A DNA stretch of 64,000 nucleotides from Marsupella aquatica (Eukaryota > Plantae > Marchantiophyta). The stretch is from positions 12,427,659 to 12,491,658 of the forward strand of contig OZ316898.1 of the NCBI GenBank assembly GCA_973895155.1, read 5' to 3'. This document shows positions 1-14,456 of this stretch, piece by piece. Within the stretch, counting starts at the first letter, position 1, and each line of letters opens with the position of its first letter. A program made the position numbers and the translations under genes. The notes beneath the pieces were generated by a model. The model saw only the letters and a list, made by a program, of their open reading frames with translations. It ran no database searches and was not told the origin of the DNA.

Positions 1-1882
1 TCCGGGCAGTCCGGGCAGTTTGAGCAGGGTGATGGACAGGACAGCACAGCACTGCACAGCACAGCACTGCAGAGCACAGTAGTAGGAGCATCGAGAGAAT
101 TGACTGCGGCGCAAAAGCGGAAGGAAGTTAGTTCTTTTGAAGGCATCCGACTTAAATACATTCAAAGCCGGAGCAGTTTCGAGAAACCGATCACTCCCTT
201 TGTGTCACCATCGCTCACGGTTTCCCACCCATACATTTCCAGAGAGCGAGCTGGAGCTGGCTGGTTGTATCGGTGGAACCACCAGATTGGGAATGCGAGC
301 AAGCAAGCAAGCAAGCAAGCTATCTCTCTATCCGAATTCTACTGCTATGCTGTACTTGTTGCCAGCTGCGTCCATCCTTGCCTGCGCTCGTGCTAGCAGC
401 AAGCGCCGGGGAAAGTAGCAATCACGAGTGACGGAATGAGCAGGAGTGGTGCGGTGCCCCCTATAATAGACAGAAAGAGAGGGCGATCGAGGCAGGCAGG
501 GCAATTGGGCATTCGTTGAGGCACACGAATGCCAGCCTTTTGCCCCGGGGGATGTATAGAGACTGAGAGGCGTTAAGTTCGAGAAGCCGCTGAGACACAT
601 CTGCACGTGTTTAAGGACTTGAGCTATCGTTCATCGATCAGGTCATGCATTTTCTCGCTCGCTCGCTCGCTCGATGGATCGTTCACCTCTCTACTACTAG
701 TTTCGTAGCTCGGAATTGCGTTGATTGGCATGGATCCGGAGCTGTGTCCCGGGGATGATCATTTGAGAAGCGGTGTTCGTCGCTCTTCGTCTTCGTCTGC
801 GGATTTCAGCTAGTGTTCTCTGCGAGGAAGTGCATTTGTGCTCGGGTTTCGTGGGTGACAGCTGCTGCGGCTGTTGTATGCGCGAACAGTACAGGAGCGA
901 CGGAGGGTTGCGGAGTAGTTAGACATACTCTACAGGTGCGCGAGGTTTTGGACTCCGGGTTTGGAAAACTCGTCGTTTCGGGACGAGTATCTGAGCATTG
1001 GATGAATGATCGGTGCACTTGGGAAGGCGTGGTAGAACTTCGAGGCTCTACATTTTTCTGAAATTGGGTGCAAGCTCGCCGCCACCAGACTGAGGCGAAG
1101 GGTATGGATGAGAATGGGCTTTGGTGACGGCATTTTATTTTGCGTTCGGGTCGGTGAACTCTTTCGTAGTGTGTGGTGTCTCTCAATGAGTGTTAAGAGT
1201 GTTGCCATTCGATGATGGATCGGATCGATGACCGGATAGCAATGCGTAGTCTGTGTATGAGTAGCTAATGCTCTGCGGCTCAATTTTGCCAGTTGCCAAC
1301 GAGCATATCTACGGTCTCCAGTACGTGCAAGATTATTGCGGAACGTATGTGGAGAGAAGTGTGAGAGTCTGACGGTCACGGTTTGTACTTTGTGTCATCA
1401 ATGCCACAATGACTGACACACTTTCGTGCACATTGTTCATGACTTGAACCTCAGAGCTTGAATCTTTACGAAAGCTGCACGAAATTTAGAGTTGCTGACT
1501 ACCTCTCTCTCGATCACTCGTGTTGAATGTGCATTGCTACTGGAAATGCCTTCAATGCTTGGCTGGCTCCTTGCACGATGTGCCATCGCATTGATCATCG
1601 TTACGCTGTGTTCCACCACACTGTCTAATTCTTCGTCGAGATGTCTGAAGTTTGGGGACCTTTGCAAAGTTACATCGGGGCTTCGTTTGGATCGAGCGAC
1701 TTCTCCGTCTATCTCGCCGATGCATTAGATTTCGTAGGAAGGCTATTCTCTTGTCGTCTTATAACTTTTATAAGGTCTGATTTTCTCTTCTCTGCGAACG
1801 TGGAGCAGGTTGTGTTTACTTCATCCGGGATTGAAGGCGGCATTTAATAATCAACGGGGGTGATATCTCTCTTGTTCGAAAC

Positions 1883-4800
1883 ATGGCCCCACAGAAGCCT
1901 GAGGGCGAGGCGGAGGAGGGTCCCGTTGGGACTTACCTGGAGATGCAAGAGCAGAACCAGAAAATTGAACAGCTGGAAGGGGATGCTCCGTCTGTCGGCG
2001 GACGTATGAAGTCGCTGCTTTGGCATGGAGGATCTGCCGGTGATGCTTGGTTCAGTTCGGCGTCTAATCAGGTTGGTTCGAAACGTCTAGCTCACATTGA
2101 AATGCAAATCTTGTGACTAAATGGTTCATTTGGACACGTCTCGACAGCGTCCCAACAATAAATTATGTCTCAGAAATTCCACGGCACGATAAAGTCGATC
2201 AGGACGGATCAGGCTGCACAGATTGATCCGTCTTTTCGCGTGCGTAATAGCGAGCTTCTAAGCCATCTGATAGGAATCATTCTGCAGAATTCAATCTCTC
2301 TCTCAAATCTAAAAATGTTTTGCGAAAGAAAAATCACTGTTTTCAGCTATCAAAGCTCGCTGCTGAATGGTCAGTGCTTTTGCTTTGCTGCAAATATCGG
2401 TTTTGGCAGTTTTGAGAACTCGGCGACAAATCGTCTATTTGCCTAGCTTGCTCGAGAAATTCGCTACAATTATTCCGAAATGTTTGTAGCCGGCCTCCTA
2501 GCTGATGGCGGGGAGCGCTCCGCACAGAGACACCATTTGTGACTAACAATTAGACGGTCGCTGAATTCAGAGCTTGGCCTAGTTGTCGAGTTTGCTCGGA
2601 AGATCGCGATTAAAGAATAGAGAGAAATATGATATCCTCACTCATGAATTTCCTTGGTTTTCGCAGGTTGCGCAAGTGCTCCTGACGCTTCCAACCTCAT
2701 TCTCACAGCTCGGCACGGCCTCCGGAATCACATTGCAAATCTTTTACGGGCTCCTTGGGTGCTGGACTTGTTACCTCATCACCACTCTCTATTGTGAGTA
2801 CCGCGCTCGCAAAGAGAAGGAGGGCCATAGCTTCAAAAACCATGTTATTCAGGTACTTTTTATGTGCGCTGTCGCCCACCTCTTGCGGTGTGATAATTAT
2901 GTCGCTGCTCTGGGTCTAGTAATCACAACACCCGTGTATACGGCTGCTTGCTTTCTTCTTAAAGCGCAATCATGAATCTGTGAGACCAATCATAGGAATC
3001 ATCAAACCTTACATTGCTTAGAATCTACTGATGAATGGAGGATGATTGTCGTCATCATTTAAGCCCGTCCGTATGCACGCACAGCTGGTCAATGCATCAT
3101 GTCCACAGTCCAGATGTTCACAGAGAGCTCGACGCTGTTAGATGGGCCTGATCTCACGGTTGAGTGTTGCCATTTGTACCTAGTGCTCGCACCCTCTTCA
3201 CGGACTAAAGCTCAAGATCATGAACATGACTCCATATTGATTCATGATCCGTGTGAACTTCGCAGTGGTTCGAAGTATTAGATGGCCTTCTGGGCCCTCG
3301 ATGGAAGGCCCTCGGTCTGGCCTTCAATTGCACCTTTCTTCTCTTCGGATCCGTCATTCAACTCATTGCTTGCGCCAGGTACATACGTTATTTCAAACCT
3401 TCTCCTTGAGCTGATCCTCGTGATATCTGTTGCTTCGGCGACTCGAGTGGTAGGGACAGATCTCAAGTGTGATGTAGAGTAAATTCCGGTGTTAATCCTG
3501 TGTTGGTAATGATCTCCATCGTTTCAGCAACATCTACTTAATCAACGATCACATGGATAAGCGGACATGGACGTATATATTTGGCGCAATCTGCATGCTG
3601 ACGACTCTAGTGCCAAGTTTCCACAACTTCCGGATCTGGTCTTTCTTCGGCTTGATTATGATCACGTACACCGGATGGTACATGACCATCGCGTCCCTTA
3701 TTCAAGGACAGGTACGCGCTCTTCCTCGATAGGGTCTATTGTGAGCCTTCAAGCCATGTCTTAAAATTTTAACTGGGCCGACATGCTATGACCGCATTTC
3801 GTCTCGAGCTTTCTTCAATTTTTGTCAATGGGAGGCTGTCTAAATTTGAACTATCGTGCAGGTGAAGAATATCGCACACTCGGGGCCCACGAGCCAGGTG
3901 CTCTTCTTCACTGGTGCCACCAACATTCTGTATACCTTCGGTGGGCACGCGGTCACTGTGTAATCCTCTAAACCCGCCCAATTTGAATGGCAACGGTTCT
4001 CATCGGTTGAGGGTGGAGTTGCTTGGTGTATGACATCTTTTATGATCATTCCCTTTAGTTGGTATTCGTTTGCTGAACGTCTCGTGGGATTTGTGCACAG
4101 GGAAATCATGCACGCAATGTACAAGCCTGCAAAATTCAAATTCGTCTACGTGCTGGCCACCTTGTACGTATTCACAGTGACTATTCCATCAGCCACTGCT
4201 GTGTACTGGGCATTCGGCGACGAGCTGCTGAAACACTCGAATGCCCTGGCTCTGCTTCCAAGAACTGGTTGGCGTGACGTTGCGGTTATTCTCATGCTCA
4301 TCCACCAGGTGATTTTCTACATCCACAAGAAAGGTCCACATAATTTGGAATAGGAGTCCTCTTCATTTGCATTGACATACTGTTTTATGCATTATCCATA
4401 AATTATTGGAGATTAATAAGCCAGGAAATTGAATGGTTCGCATCTTAATGCCCACTACCTCTATAGATTTGCTTGAGAGAAGCATTAAATGGTGGTCATG
4501 TATATCTCGTGAATTCACCATCAATGTGGCATTTGGCTGTCGACGGACTGAGTCGAAATTTGTCATTGATTTCCATCCCCTGGACTTTCATGGGATTCAA
4601 TTGTTGGGACCTGAATATTAAAAGCGAAACTATGCTTGCAGTTTATCACCTTTGGCTTCGCATCGATGCCGCTCTACTTCGTTTGGGAGAAGGTGCTGGG
4701 AGTGCACAAGACGAAGAACCTCCTGTTCAGAGCACTCTGCAGAATACCAGTGGTTCTCCCCATTTGGTTCCTGGCCATCATTTTCCCCTTCTTTGGACCT

Positions 4801-5656
4801 ATCAACTCTGCCGTGGGTGCTCTGCTGGTCACCTTCACCGTCTACATCATTCCGTGCGCCGCACATATGGCGGTCTACCGCTCAGCGTTTGCACGCATGG
4901 TCAGTGGCTCCTCTCTCTTCTTCAGTTTATCAGGTGCTATCGATAGACTTCGTTGACTAAAATGGGCTGCATTACTCCTCAAATTGCATGCCTTCGTGTT
5001 AGATTCGCCTCTCAATTTTGCACTTTCTGAACTGAAATGGCCGTGTGTACTCAATCCTCCAAGAGAAAATCTGCATCTCATTCTTTGAGTGTAGTCATGA
5101 TCATGGCATCAGAGAGTGGTTTCTCCTTTCGTTTATGAAACTATTTACCATGGACTATTGTCGCATAGGTGAACATCATCCTTTCTGTTGTGTCTTGTTT
5201 CGTTCGAGTTTACTGAACTAAAAAACCTGCCAATTAGGGACATCAAATGTGCGCTAGCGAGAACATTTGCGAATCGCAATTGAGTGATACGAACTTAAAT
5301 TCCGTAAATTGCAGTATAATGTGTGCATCGGTCACAGCGTCGTGCTCATCGCAATATTCAAGGAAGACCCGGGCCAGGGTACATTATTGCGTTGTTCTTT
5401 TGTTGTGCAGAACGCTATATTCAAGCCTCCGAGGTTGCTGAAAAGCTGGGCGGTGCTTTACACAATCAACATCGTCATCGTCTTGTGGATTGTCGTCGTC
5501 GGAGTAGGGTTCGGAGGCTGGGCCAGCATCACGAACTTTGTAAACCAGGTTGCCACCTTTGGATTGTTCGCGAAGTGTTACCAGTGCCCGCCGCACGAGC
5601 ATGCTGTCTTTCCTCCAGCACCGGCGCCCCTGCACTCAAACGCAACCCTTCATTAA
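1883..5656 (+). CDS. AUX1: AUX1/LAX auxin influx carrier, ~493 aa. Exons ~1883-2071, 2667-2852, 3266-3378, 3528-3711, 3862-3959, 4101-4308, 4642-4899, 5411-5656
   Basis: Spliced translation gives family motifs LWHGGSAGDAWFSSASNQVAQVLLTLP, HSFKNHVIQWFEVLDGLLG, FTGATNILYTFGGHAVTVEIMHAM, FFGPINSAVGALLV and FGLFAKCYQC. All introns are GT-AG and phase-consistent (1482 nt in total). Confidence 0.97.
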
Positions 5657-8600
5657 AAGGCAAATCAGTGGCTCGGTTCGGGTCCAATAAAACACTTACA
5701 AGCTGGTTTTCTCGACTTCCAACGATACATCTATGCCTTGGAATTTTGCAACCAGCGCGCTGGCTCTCGATGCTCGGAGGTTCAGCTCTAGCCAGGTTTT
5801 TCTTGGCATCGGATGAATAAGTTGCTCTAGCTAGAATTTTGTAACCAGCTAGCCAGCCAGCCAGCCAGACGTAAGACCAACACTTAGGAGACCGAACGCT
5901 GGCACAGAGGCGATCCGTCGCTTTGCCTCTCGAGTCTCTTAAACCTTGGCCTACCGAAGATCTAGCTCGGGCGAGGTAGATCAATATGCAGAAAAGATGA
6001 TCGTCGCGTGTTGAGTTATTCTAATAGTAAATTTTTTGTGGCTACCCGCGTTGACTGGTGATCGGGGAAGCTATCACACCTCCGCACCTTTGTACTTCTT
6101 GCTCGATCATACATTGGGTCGTACTGATCCCGAGCTCGAGCTTTACAAGCTCTTGATTTCCAAATTCAATCTTAAGATTACATACGCTACCACCCTGCGC
6201 GCTGCCCCAGCGCGGTGTAGTTCTGAAGATCTACTGCAGCCTAAACAGCAAAATGTTTCAATCGTCGTCTGGCCCTCGGTGAAGATCGATCATGATCATC
6301 CTCCATTGGATCAGAGAGGATTTTGTTAGGATATGAAGGTTGCGATCCTGGAGGTGCCATTTCGGATCCCAAATCTTGGAAAGTGGAGTGGACCAGACTT
6401 ATGCTGAGGCTGGGCTGGCAGCACTGGGTTTCCCAGTCAACGTACTTAAGACACACACTACGTACGTCTTGCAAGAACAAAATGGTTTTTTTGGTGTAGT
6501 GTCGAAAGCCCAAACTGTACAATGTTGCTAATATCGGAATGTTTTTTTAATGTTTCATTCAAATGGCATGTCACTTCGAAGGTGTGATTGTCATTGTGTG
6601 TGACTTGTAAAAAATCGTGCTTGTGCGGTAACGCCTAATGCGAAGAGATGTGCCACAGTTCATGATTTGGATTGAATGCGAGCCTCCAACTCCTTAGCGC
6701 TTTTGACTTTGATGCCCTCTGTCGTACAGAGTGCATGGAAGTTTGAACAACGCACTTTCGGGCCACTGGCCAGACCGGGCCTATGACTAAAGTATTCGAT
6801 TTGCCACAGCGCTATAATGGTAAAGCACTAATCATAAAGCTCAAGAAGAATCTGTCGTGTCAGCTCATAAACTCAGCCGCCATTGCATCGAACTTTGCAA
6901 ATAATGACTTGGAACTCTAGAATATCGATGACACGATTGGTCGGGAAAAAATTCGTGGTGGGCCGCCGAGTACCACCCAAACAAATGCTTAGATTTGCAC
7001 AAAGATCGATCAATACTCTGTCGAGAAAAAGCTTTCATTGGGGATGTACTACGCCGGCCATCCACTGCTTTCAAGGCGATGAGTCATGTCAATCCTCCTT
7101 TGACGATCGTGATCGAGGCCGCTTTAGTGTAGGTATCAGGAAGCGATTACTAGATCGTTAAAACACTCTTTCTCCTCATTCACTTCGTCGCGACAGCGTT
7201 TTAGTCTACTTCTGTTCCGGCCATTGGAAGACGCAAGACAGCATCTTCCGGATAACGCGCCTCCAAGTGTATGCAGCGTGTGTATGCAGCGTGCAATTTC
7301 TAGGGCTGCTTCGGAAACTCCTGTGGGCCATGCCAACCAATCACGAGAATGACGGCTGTTCCCTGATCGATCTCAGAACCACGAGGGATTGAGGTAATGA
7401 ATGATGCATCCACCCCGCTTTCCAACAACTGATACGCGCAGCCTAAGAATTACACAAAAATTAGCTTTCGCCTTCTAAGTAGCAGCCAAGGCTCATGTCT
7501 CACTAACAACCGTACTTGATTCGGATCCACCATGCCAACGGGAACGTAAAGAATCAATCCACCTCATGGATTCCGCACAATGAGGAGCTGGCGTAGGTTG
7601 ACGGAGAAGAAAATTTCGCCTTCAGTAGAAATTGCCTTGCATGATGGCGGAGGAAGGTCGCTCAGAGGGGGCTCTCCCGGTTTCCGTAACGTCCCCCGTT
7701 TTTCCCTTTGCTGACTGTATCTGTCAGTAGAAAGTACAGCTAAGGCTCGGCATGTTGATCGGTATGAGACTGGATCGATACTAGGCTGTCATCATTACGA
7801 CTACAAGTGTTTGGAAAACGTACCTGCCTCAGTGGTATATATCACTCCAGTAGCGACTGCTGATGATACCTAGACTCAAACCCACCTCTTCTTTCTTACG
7901 GAATGGATTCGCCAACGGAGAATGGACCCTGTCATCTCAAGATCAGATCAGAGAGAACCTGTAAGACTACGGAAGCTATACCCATCATGAGAGCTTCAGA
8001 CATCCAATCATCCTTGACATTTTGAAGTGTACATGTTTTAAGAAAACAATTCATCAAACTTGAAAGCGCCCTCTTTCTAAATCTCTGCCAAACTGTTGAG
8101 CGACGAGCACAGGAGTAGTAGCCTTTCTCTACCGTAGCTCAAATGCTCAACAGCCATATTGATTGTACCGTATGGCAAGACCAGTAAAAGTACGTTTCAG
8201 AGAAACGCGTATCGGAGTAAAATCCGAACTGGGGATACACAGCACATCATTGTCATGTGTTCCAAACCACCGTAGTCCAGAATCAAAACTTACTACAGTT
8301 CAACGGCATTTCTAATCCACAGCTTTAATTCGGTCTGATCGAATCCTTGCAGAGTGGCTTCGTAACCGAAGCGGGAGGACTCTGAACAGTCAAAACTCAC
8401 TGCTGGATTAATTCAACCAAAACCTTGGCGGCGTCATCTGTGACGTGCTGCAACGTTGCAGGCTGGACGAATCTGTGTAGCAGACTGAGTCATTCATTCA
8501 ATCAGCAGCGTTACCATCATTGATCCATGGCGATACAGAAGTAAGAGTTTCTGCAATGATCAATCTATCTACTGCAGCATGCACTGAACAGAGAAATTCA

Positions 8601-10319
8601 GGGTCTCAAAGTGTTTGTGCAGCAGGAGGGATCGAGGGGGTGATTCAACACAGCCGCTCACCTACATGTCATATACATACACAATTATAGACTGAACTCG
8701 ATGAGAATTGCAGATCTATGTGTAGCATGGGCGGGAATCGCATGCAGTTTCAGGTTGCAGGAGGTTTTTCTATTAATATCTCCCAACAGTTCATCGTGGA
8801 TACTTGCATTGTGGATAAGTGCACTCTGGCTGCTGGAGATTTTTATATAAAAGTCTACACACCGTTCGCCGTGGCTAACTGCACTCCCCTAACATTACAA
8901 GTAAATGCACTGACGAATGCAATTTTTGTGTGTGCATCTGGAGCATCACTAAACGATAAATTTATAAATGTATTTTTGTCTACGGGTGCATACATCCAAT
9001 ATGTCACTGCAGCATTTACGTGAAAAACATCTAATGATAACTACAGTAGAATGATGTGGAGTACTTTCATGCACATATCCAGCAGTACAAGGGCTCGGGC
9101 AAGGAGTCGTGTGTGACATGACAACACACATGAAGAAGTGCATAAGGCATGTTACATGTAGTTGTTGGGTGTTCACACATACCTTGCACGTATGGGAGAG
9201 TACATAAATGATTTTTCATGCACTTCTAATATAGTCCATGCCATGAATAAGTGCAAGCGGGGGCTTCTTCCCAGGAGCATGCAATTACAGATGGTGGACA
9301 CGTCATAGTTCATAGTTCATACGCAGTTACCACATCTTGAAGGTTTAATGGCGTCGTTTCATTATTTGTACATTCCCTCTGCACGAACGTACTGTCCAAT
9401 GTACCGTGGGGAGGGACACGGCATCCACGCGATAACTACTGTAAGAAGTCTGTATGGATCGAGCAGTTATCTTCCCCATTCTTTTCCTGGTACATTCCAC
9501 CTTCTTTGGTCCATGCCTGACTTCTTCTTCCATCTTCTGAGAGGTACTTGTGTCTGGCTTTCGTCCTGCCTTCGCCTTTTGGCTTTGCATCCACCCTGCA
9601 GGACACCATCCCCTTGAATTCGGAGGGACGGGCATGCAGCCACATCGAATTGTTAGCTCAACTATCAAAGACCACAAAGCTTTCCAAGCTGCAAGCTGAC
9701 AGAATGATCGTTCTCGATATACATACCGAGTGAATGAGTGGTACTCTCTCGTCTCTTTCCCTTCAGACAATATGTTTGCTTTTCATCATTCTGTTGATCT
9801 GTGTCGACTCTTGAGTCAGGATTTTGTTCCATCACCTACTTAGTACGCTCTGTACTGATTTGTGCACCCTGAGATACAACACTGCAACAACAATAATTCT
9901 ACAACGCAGAACTTCCTGCAGAAGAGTAAAGAGGCACCTGTCAAAGATACACTGCAGGGACAAAGTGGAAGCCTAGTGTGACAGTATTCCCATAATAATT
10001 ATGTTTTGCCCCATGTTAAACTATGTGCCCTCAGCTCTGCTGCTAAATGAGTGGTGAGGAGCTGGACACACCTCACTGGCACACTACTAAGCTTCCACTT
10101 TTCTGCCAGTGCGACTAATGGGATCTTGTTCAACATATTCTATCACACAACTTTGGTCGTGGGCTTGGTCACAGAAGTACCATTATACCAGAGTTACTTA
10201 GCCACTGCATGATAGCTTTTTCATCAAAGGAAGCACTATGTTTGCAACAAAATTGCATGGAGCAAAACTAGCTCTTGCGATGTGGGTTGGAAGAGACTCA
10301 TCAAATCAGCATCTTATTG

Positions 10320-10414
10320 ATAATTCCCAAGGGAAGCTACTTTTAGGGTCTATGGTCTAGAGTGAAGATAATTCCCAAGGGAAGCTACCTTTAGGGTCTA
10401 TGGTCTAGAGTGAA
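10320..10414. repeat. Tandem duplication of a ~48-bp unit (2 copies)
   Basis: GATAATTCCCAAGGGAAGCTAC(T/C)TTTAGGGTCTATGGTCTAGAGTGAA occurs twice back to back. Confidence 0.9.
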
Positions 10415-10514
10415 GCCTGTTAGATAGTCCCTAACTCAACGAGTACAAAACTGATAATGACTGCTAATAAGGACAAACCTTAAAATGAGGGTGGGCAAAA
10501 AACAGAGAGGGGAG

Positions 10515-10605
10515 CAAAGACGAACAAAAGTCACATTGACTCCAAATAAAAACAAAACTGAAATGAGGGGGGACAAAAAACACGGATGGGGCAAAGGTGG
10601 ACGGT
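10515..10605. repeat. Dispersed repeat fragment, similar to ~54745-54830
   Basis: Shares ACAAAAGT.ACAT..ACTC.AAATAAA.A.AAAACT.AAATGAGG...GGAC.AAAAAC..GGATGGGGCAAAG with 54750-54825. Confidence 0.6.
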
Positions 10606-11247
10606 AAAGAGTATTTGCAGATTTTTGTGTGTCCTCATATCTATTTACTTTCTAGAAAGAGGTAATCCAGGCTAGTCTAAACAATTCTAGAACACATCCC
10701 TTCAGCTGAATCATGGAAGGATATTTATGTAAATTTCTAATTTGAACTACATTTGTGTAAATGCAAGGGTAGTTTTTTAATAATTCTCCCAAAATTTAGC
10801 CTGTCCTTGTGTGATTGTCTCTCATGTGCCAAACTGCTAAAGGTTCGATGGGCTGGGCCCATCTGCAGCCCTCCTCGATTTCCATGCTGCCAGAATGCCC
10901 AGTGGTTTGTGGCCGGTGATTTTGTGATACTGACCAATGGGAGGCTTGCATTGTGTGGATCTTCCTTTCACATCATTGTGGGGCTCCTTATTACTACATA
11001 GGGAATCGTGTTTTCCTCTTTGAATAAAGACGCTTTCCAAGGGGCAAAAGGACAGTGAATTGTGTGCAAAGAGATTTTTTAAAGGGAAAAGAACAAATTT
11101 ATATCCCTATCCAAACAAAAAGTGTCAGACCTAGAGATAGGATCCCAAAGTAGGAGACCTAATAGGGAGTCCCAAACCTGTTGTTTCCTGTATTTCTTGA
11201 TCAGCCGGTGCCTAAACTTTCCCTGACTGAAATCTAACTTCCGTACA

Positions 11248-11400
11248 AACTTAACCCAAGGGTTATTCAGTTCAAGATGGGTCATGACACAGGTCTACGG
11301 GTTAACATCATTCAGTTGTTGAACTTAACCCAGGGGGTATTCAGTTCGAGATGGGTCATGACACCGGCCTACTAGTTGACATCATTCAGTTATTGAATTT
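11248..11400. repeat. Tandem duplication of a ~74-bp unit (2 copies)
   Basis: AACTTAACCCA.GGG.TATTCAGTTC.AGATGGGTCATGACAC.GG.CTAC...GTT.ACATCATTCAGTT.TTGAA is repeated. Confidence 0.85.
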
Positions 11401-11727
11401 GGATATATTTTTCTGAAGGGTGCTGATGAGCCTTGAAGGGCACGGATGCATTCCTGTGGACCAAGTTAGTGGTGGTAGCCCTTTTTAGTGAACCACACAT
11501 TTTTGTCCCATGACCTAGCCCATGGCATTTTGGTTGCCGAAAGTCCCACAGAACATGAGGATTACGATGCCCTAATCTATAGGGGAGAAAACATGGGGAA
11601 ACTCAGGAAGACTTGCGAGCTAAATAAGCCTAAGTGTTCCTAACAACGGCACAAACCCTACAGAGCAAACTAAAACCCAATGGAGCTACAAACTGAAAGT
11701 ATGGTAAAGTTTTGGAGTGAACTGCAG

Positions 11728-11824
11728 ACTTGGGTAACTAAGAGGATGGTCAAAAATATTGTTAGAAGATTAAACACACTTGGGTCACTAAGAGGACGGT
11801 CAAAAATATTGTTAGAAGATTAAA

Positions 11825-11858
<34 letters not shown>
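11728..11858. repeat. 49-bp tandem duplication followed by a (CT)n microsatellite
   Basis: ACTTGGGT.ACTAAGAGGA.GGTCAAAAATATTGTTAGAAGATTAAACA occurs twice, followed by about 16 TC units. Confidence 0.9.
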
Positions 11859-11860
<2 letters not shown>

Positions 11861-12489
11861 GTATGGTTTTTATTTTATTCTTTAAAGGACGGAATAGAAA
11901 ATTGAATACAGTACAGCTATTAGAAGTTATGTTTACTTTCTAGCTTACTTTTTTCTCCCTTTCCTGACATTCTCTTCTTACTCCTACTGCGGTAGTGTCA
12001 TCCTTGGGAGAAACATGAAATTGGCATTCATATTAGAAAATAAAGAAGTGAAAATATATTAACCTACTCTCTAGTTTTCATTTTTTCCAAGTTAAAATCA
12101 AAGTATACAAAAAGTGGGATGCTCAAATTAAATATTCCTCAAAATTTTAAGGGATTTTTTTTTCTAGGTTTCACAAGTGTTGGGAATTTACTCTGGGTCT
12201 AAACTTTCTCCCAGGGTTACTCCTTAACCATAATTAGCCTAACTGTAGTCAGTACTAACTACTGTTGACAGTAACTTGTCATCTCAAAGCCCATGCATGC
12301 ACCTCTATTTCTATTGTTATAGCATCATGGCCACCAAAGCTGTGGAGATGCTCTTATCATGACAAGGAGTTTATAGCAGTAGAATGGGGTTTCCCAAAAC
12401 CTTCTGCCACCCTAGTGACACTCCAAAATCTCATTTAAACAGAAAAGTTAGTAAAAGCCCAGTAAAAAATGACAGTACAGCATAAATAT

Positions 12490-12570
12490 GCCCAAATAGG
12501 CATGGCTGTGTGGTAGCTCACTTGAGTGATGACTCTAGGTTTTAGGTTTAAATGTTGTGACTGATTGTTC
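12490..12570 (+). mobile_element. Degenerate copy of a tRNA-derived SINE head
   Basis: GCCCAAATAGGCATGGCTGTGTGGTAGCTCACTTGAGTG...TGTTGTGACTGA aligns with the complete copy at 54558-54698 (-). Confidence 0.7.
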
Positions 12571-14113
12571 CCTTTTTCTGAGGTCTCCCAAATTTCTCAT
12601 TTGAAATAGAAATAAATTAAGATGCATTCTAAGACATATATTAGACAAAAACCAGCAAGGGAGAAAAGGACACAAATCCAAGGAACCAGAACAAAAGAAG
12701 GAATGGATCAAGGTCAGCCAAGGTAGTGGAAATACTACAGTAGTAGTCCAATAGACACCACCTACAATAGTGAGGGGATCTAGCCCTCTCCAAAATCAAA
12801 CTTGCGAGCCACTTTAAATAGTAATGAAGTTCTACTATGCGTCTGATTGCTCTGACTTCAGTCTCCCATACTACTTCTAGGCTTAATCGTTTCCTAATTT
12901 CAGTCCAAATTATGATCGGGCATGAGTGTTTGTAATTGATCTCAGTGGACTTGTTAAGTGGGTTGGCAAAATACTTGCAATGATATTTTGCAAAATAAAA
13001 CTTCCGTTTCACAAAAGAAAACACAAAATGAAATGATAATAAAACTTGAATATACTTATAATTCATAAACTTCTTTTTTATATGTTTTGAAGAACACTGA
13101 GAGCTGTAAGTTTCCATGTGGGGTTGATTGGAACTTAGCATATTCCATTTCAAGAAAAAAATTCTTTATTGAGTTTTCTTCTTGTGCAACTCTTGTTTTC
13201 ACAGTCACCGCCCATGCATGATTGAAGGAGCTTAAGGGATTTTTAATAACTTCTGCAAAATCTAGTTGCACAAAATGTTTCATGACCTTTGCAAATTATA
13301 GGGTCTATTAATCAAATGTTTGTTGTTGGTATCACTACAAATGAAATCACTTTAACAGAAAACAATACCCATTATTTGTAACGTGAAGTTTTATGGGGTC
13401 ACGTAGGGGTGGCATGGGTAGGGAGGGTACCCGTTCTCAATAGACACAAAGGTTGGTAACTGAGGAGACTCGGTTGGACGCACTCAAAGCATAGTTTAAC
13501 AAAACTGGATCAAAGTACTTTGAACATCTAAATATATTGTTACCGGACTGTAATATACTGTTTGTTGTCTGTCTTTTGGGCTCTGAGTCCATCCAAGTAC
13601 CTTGTCCAACTTTTGTCTCTCTGGGATTTTCTTTCCCCAAAAGAGTAAACAGATCATTCTGCTAGCTCGATGGCCAAGAAGAGCATGAGGACCTAATAGA
13701 GAAAAACTCATCTCTTTGCTAATTGCTACAAATTCAGACAGTCACATACTTGCACACTGGAAAGATGTATTGTATAATGCAAGCAAACAGGAATTTTGAT
13801 AGCAAGGAGAGTGTTATTAGCAAATGATTTAAAATTTCTTTTCATTTCTCTGCCTTTTATATTTTCAGTGTTTGTTTAAGACTCCAGATGGCTAGCCAAT
13901 TAGCTAGCCAAAGGAGGAGTCCCCACAATGGATGTTACCAACCAGGTTGTTGTTAGCAAGGCATTTGGATATAGAAAGAGAAGGGTTGTGTGAGTACAAC
14001 ATTTCTAGTGCAAGGAAATTTCTTACTGTTTCTTGGCACGCAACAATGACCTGGCAAGCAAGGGGTGTGGAGTGTATATGTTTGGGTGGGTGTAGTGAAG
14101 GGAGTACTGGTTT

Positions 14114-14456
14114 TGTTAGGTATTTACTCAAGGTCTAGGGTTACGACATGTAACCATAGTTAGGCTAACCATAGTCGGAGATGTGGTTAGGTTAACTAGG
14201 ATGCACACTATATGCCAAGCAGTGTTTGCTTGGATAAGTGGAACTTAGACTCATTGTTATGGAGCCACTTGAGAGATGAAGAGAGCTTACACTGTAAAGA
14301 CTTGGTATGGCCGACGGGCTTAGAGTTCAATAAAGCTCTCTTGTGTGTTCCCGTGGACGTAGCCTCGAGGAGGTGAACCACGTATCTCTTGTGTCGACTA
14401 CTTGCGCGTTGAATGTGTCATGTGCTTACCGTTACGAGTGTCATCTATGCTCATCA
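14114..14456 (+). mobile_element. Solo LTR (Ty1/copia-like), 343 bp, with 5-bp TSD GGTTT
   Basis: Begins TGTT and ends ATCA. GGTTT lies at 14109-14113 and 14457-14461. It contains GTGGACGTAG...GAACCACGTA and is homologous to 25797-26141. Confidence 0.88.

Noticed and set aside
100-1850. Short ORFs and AuxRE-like TGTCTC/GAGACA hexamers upstream of AUX1
   Set aside because: The ORFs have no recognisable homology, and isolated hexamers are expected by chance.
9345-9770. 141-aa ORF and a loose hairpin at ~9388-9497 (miRNA candidate)
   Set aside because: No recognisable domain, and the pairing is too short and interrupted for a miRNA precursor.
12641-13153. 170-aa ORF, possibly a LINE 3' remnant
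   Set aside because: AT-rich with no diagnostic RT or endonuclease motif, so it cannot be supported without a search.
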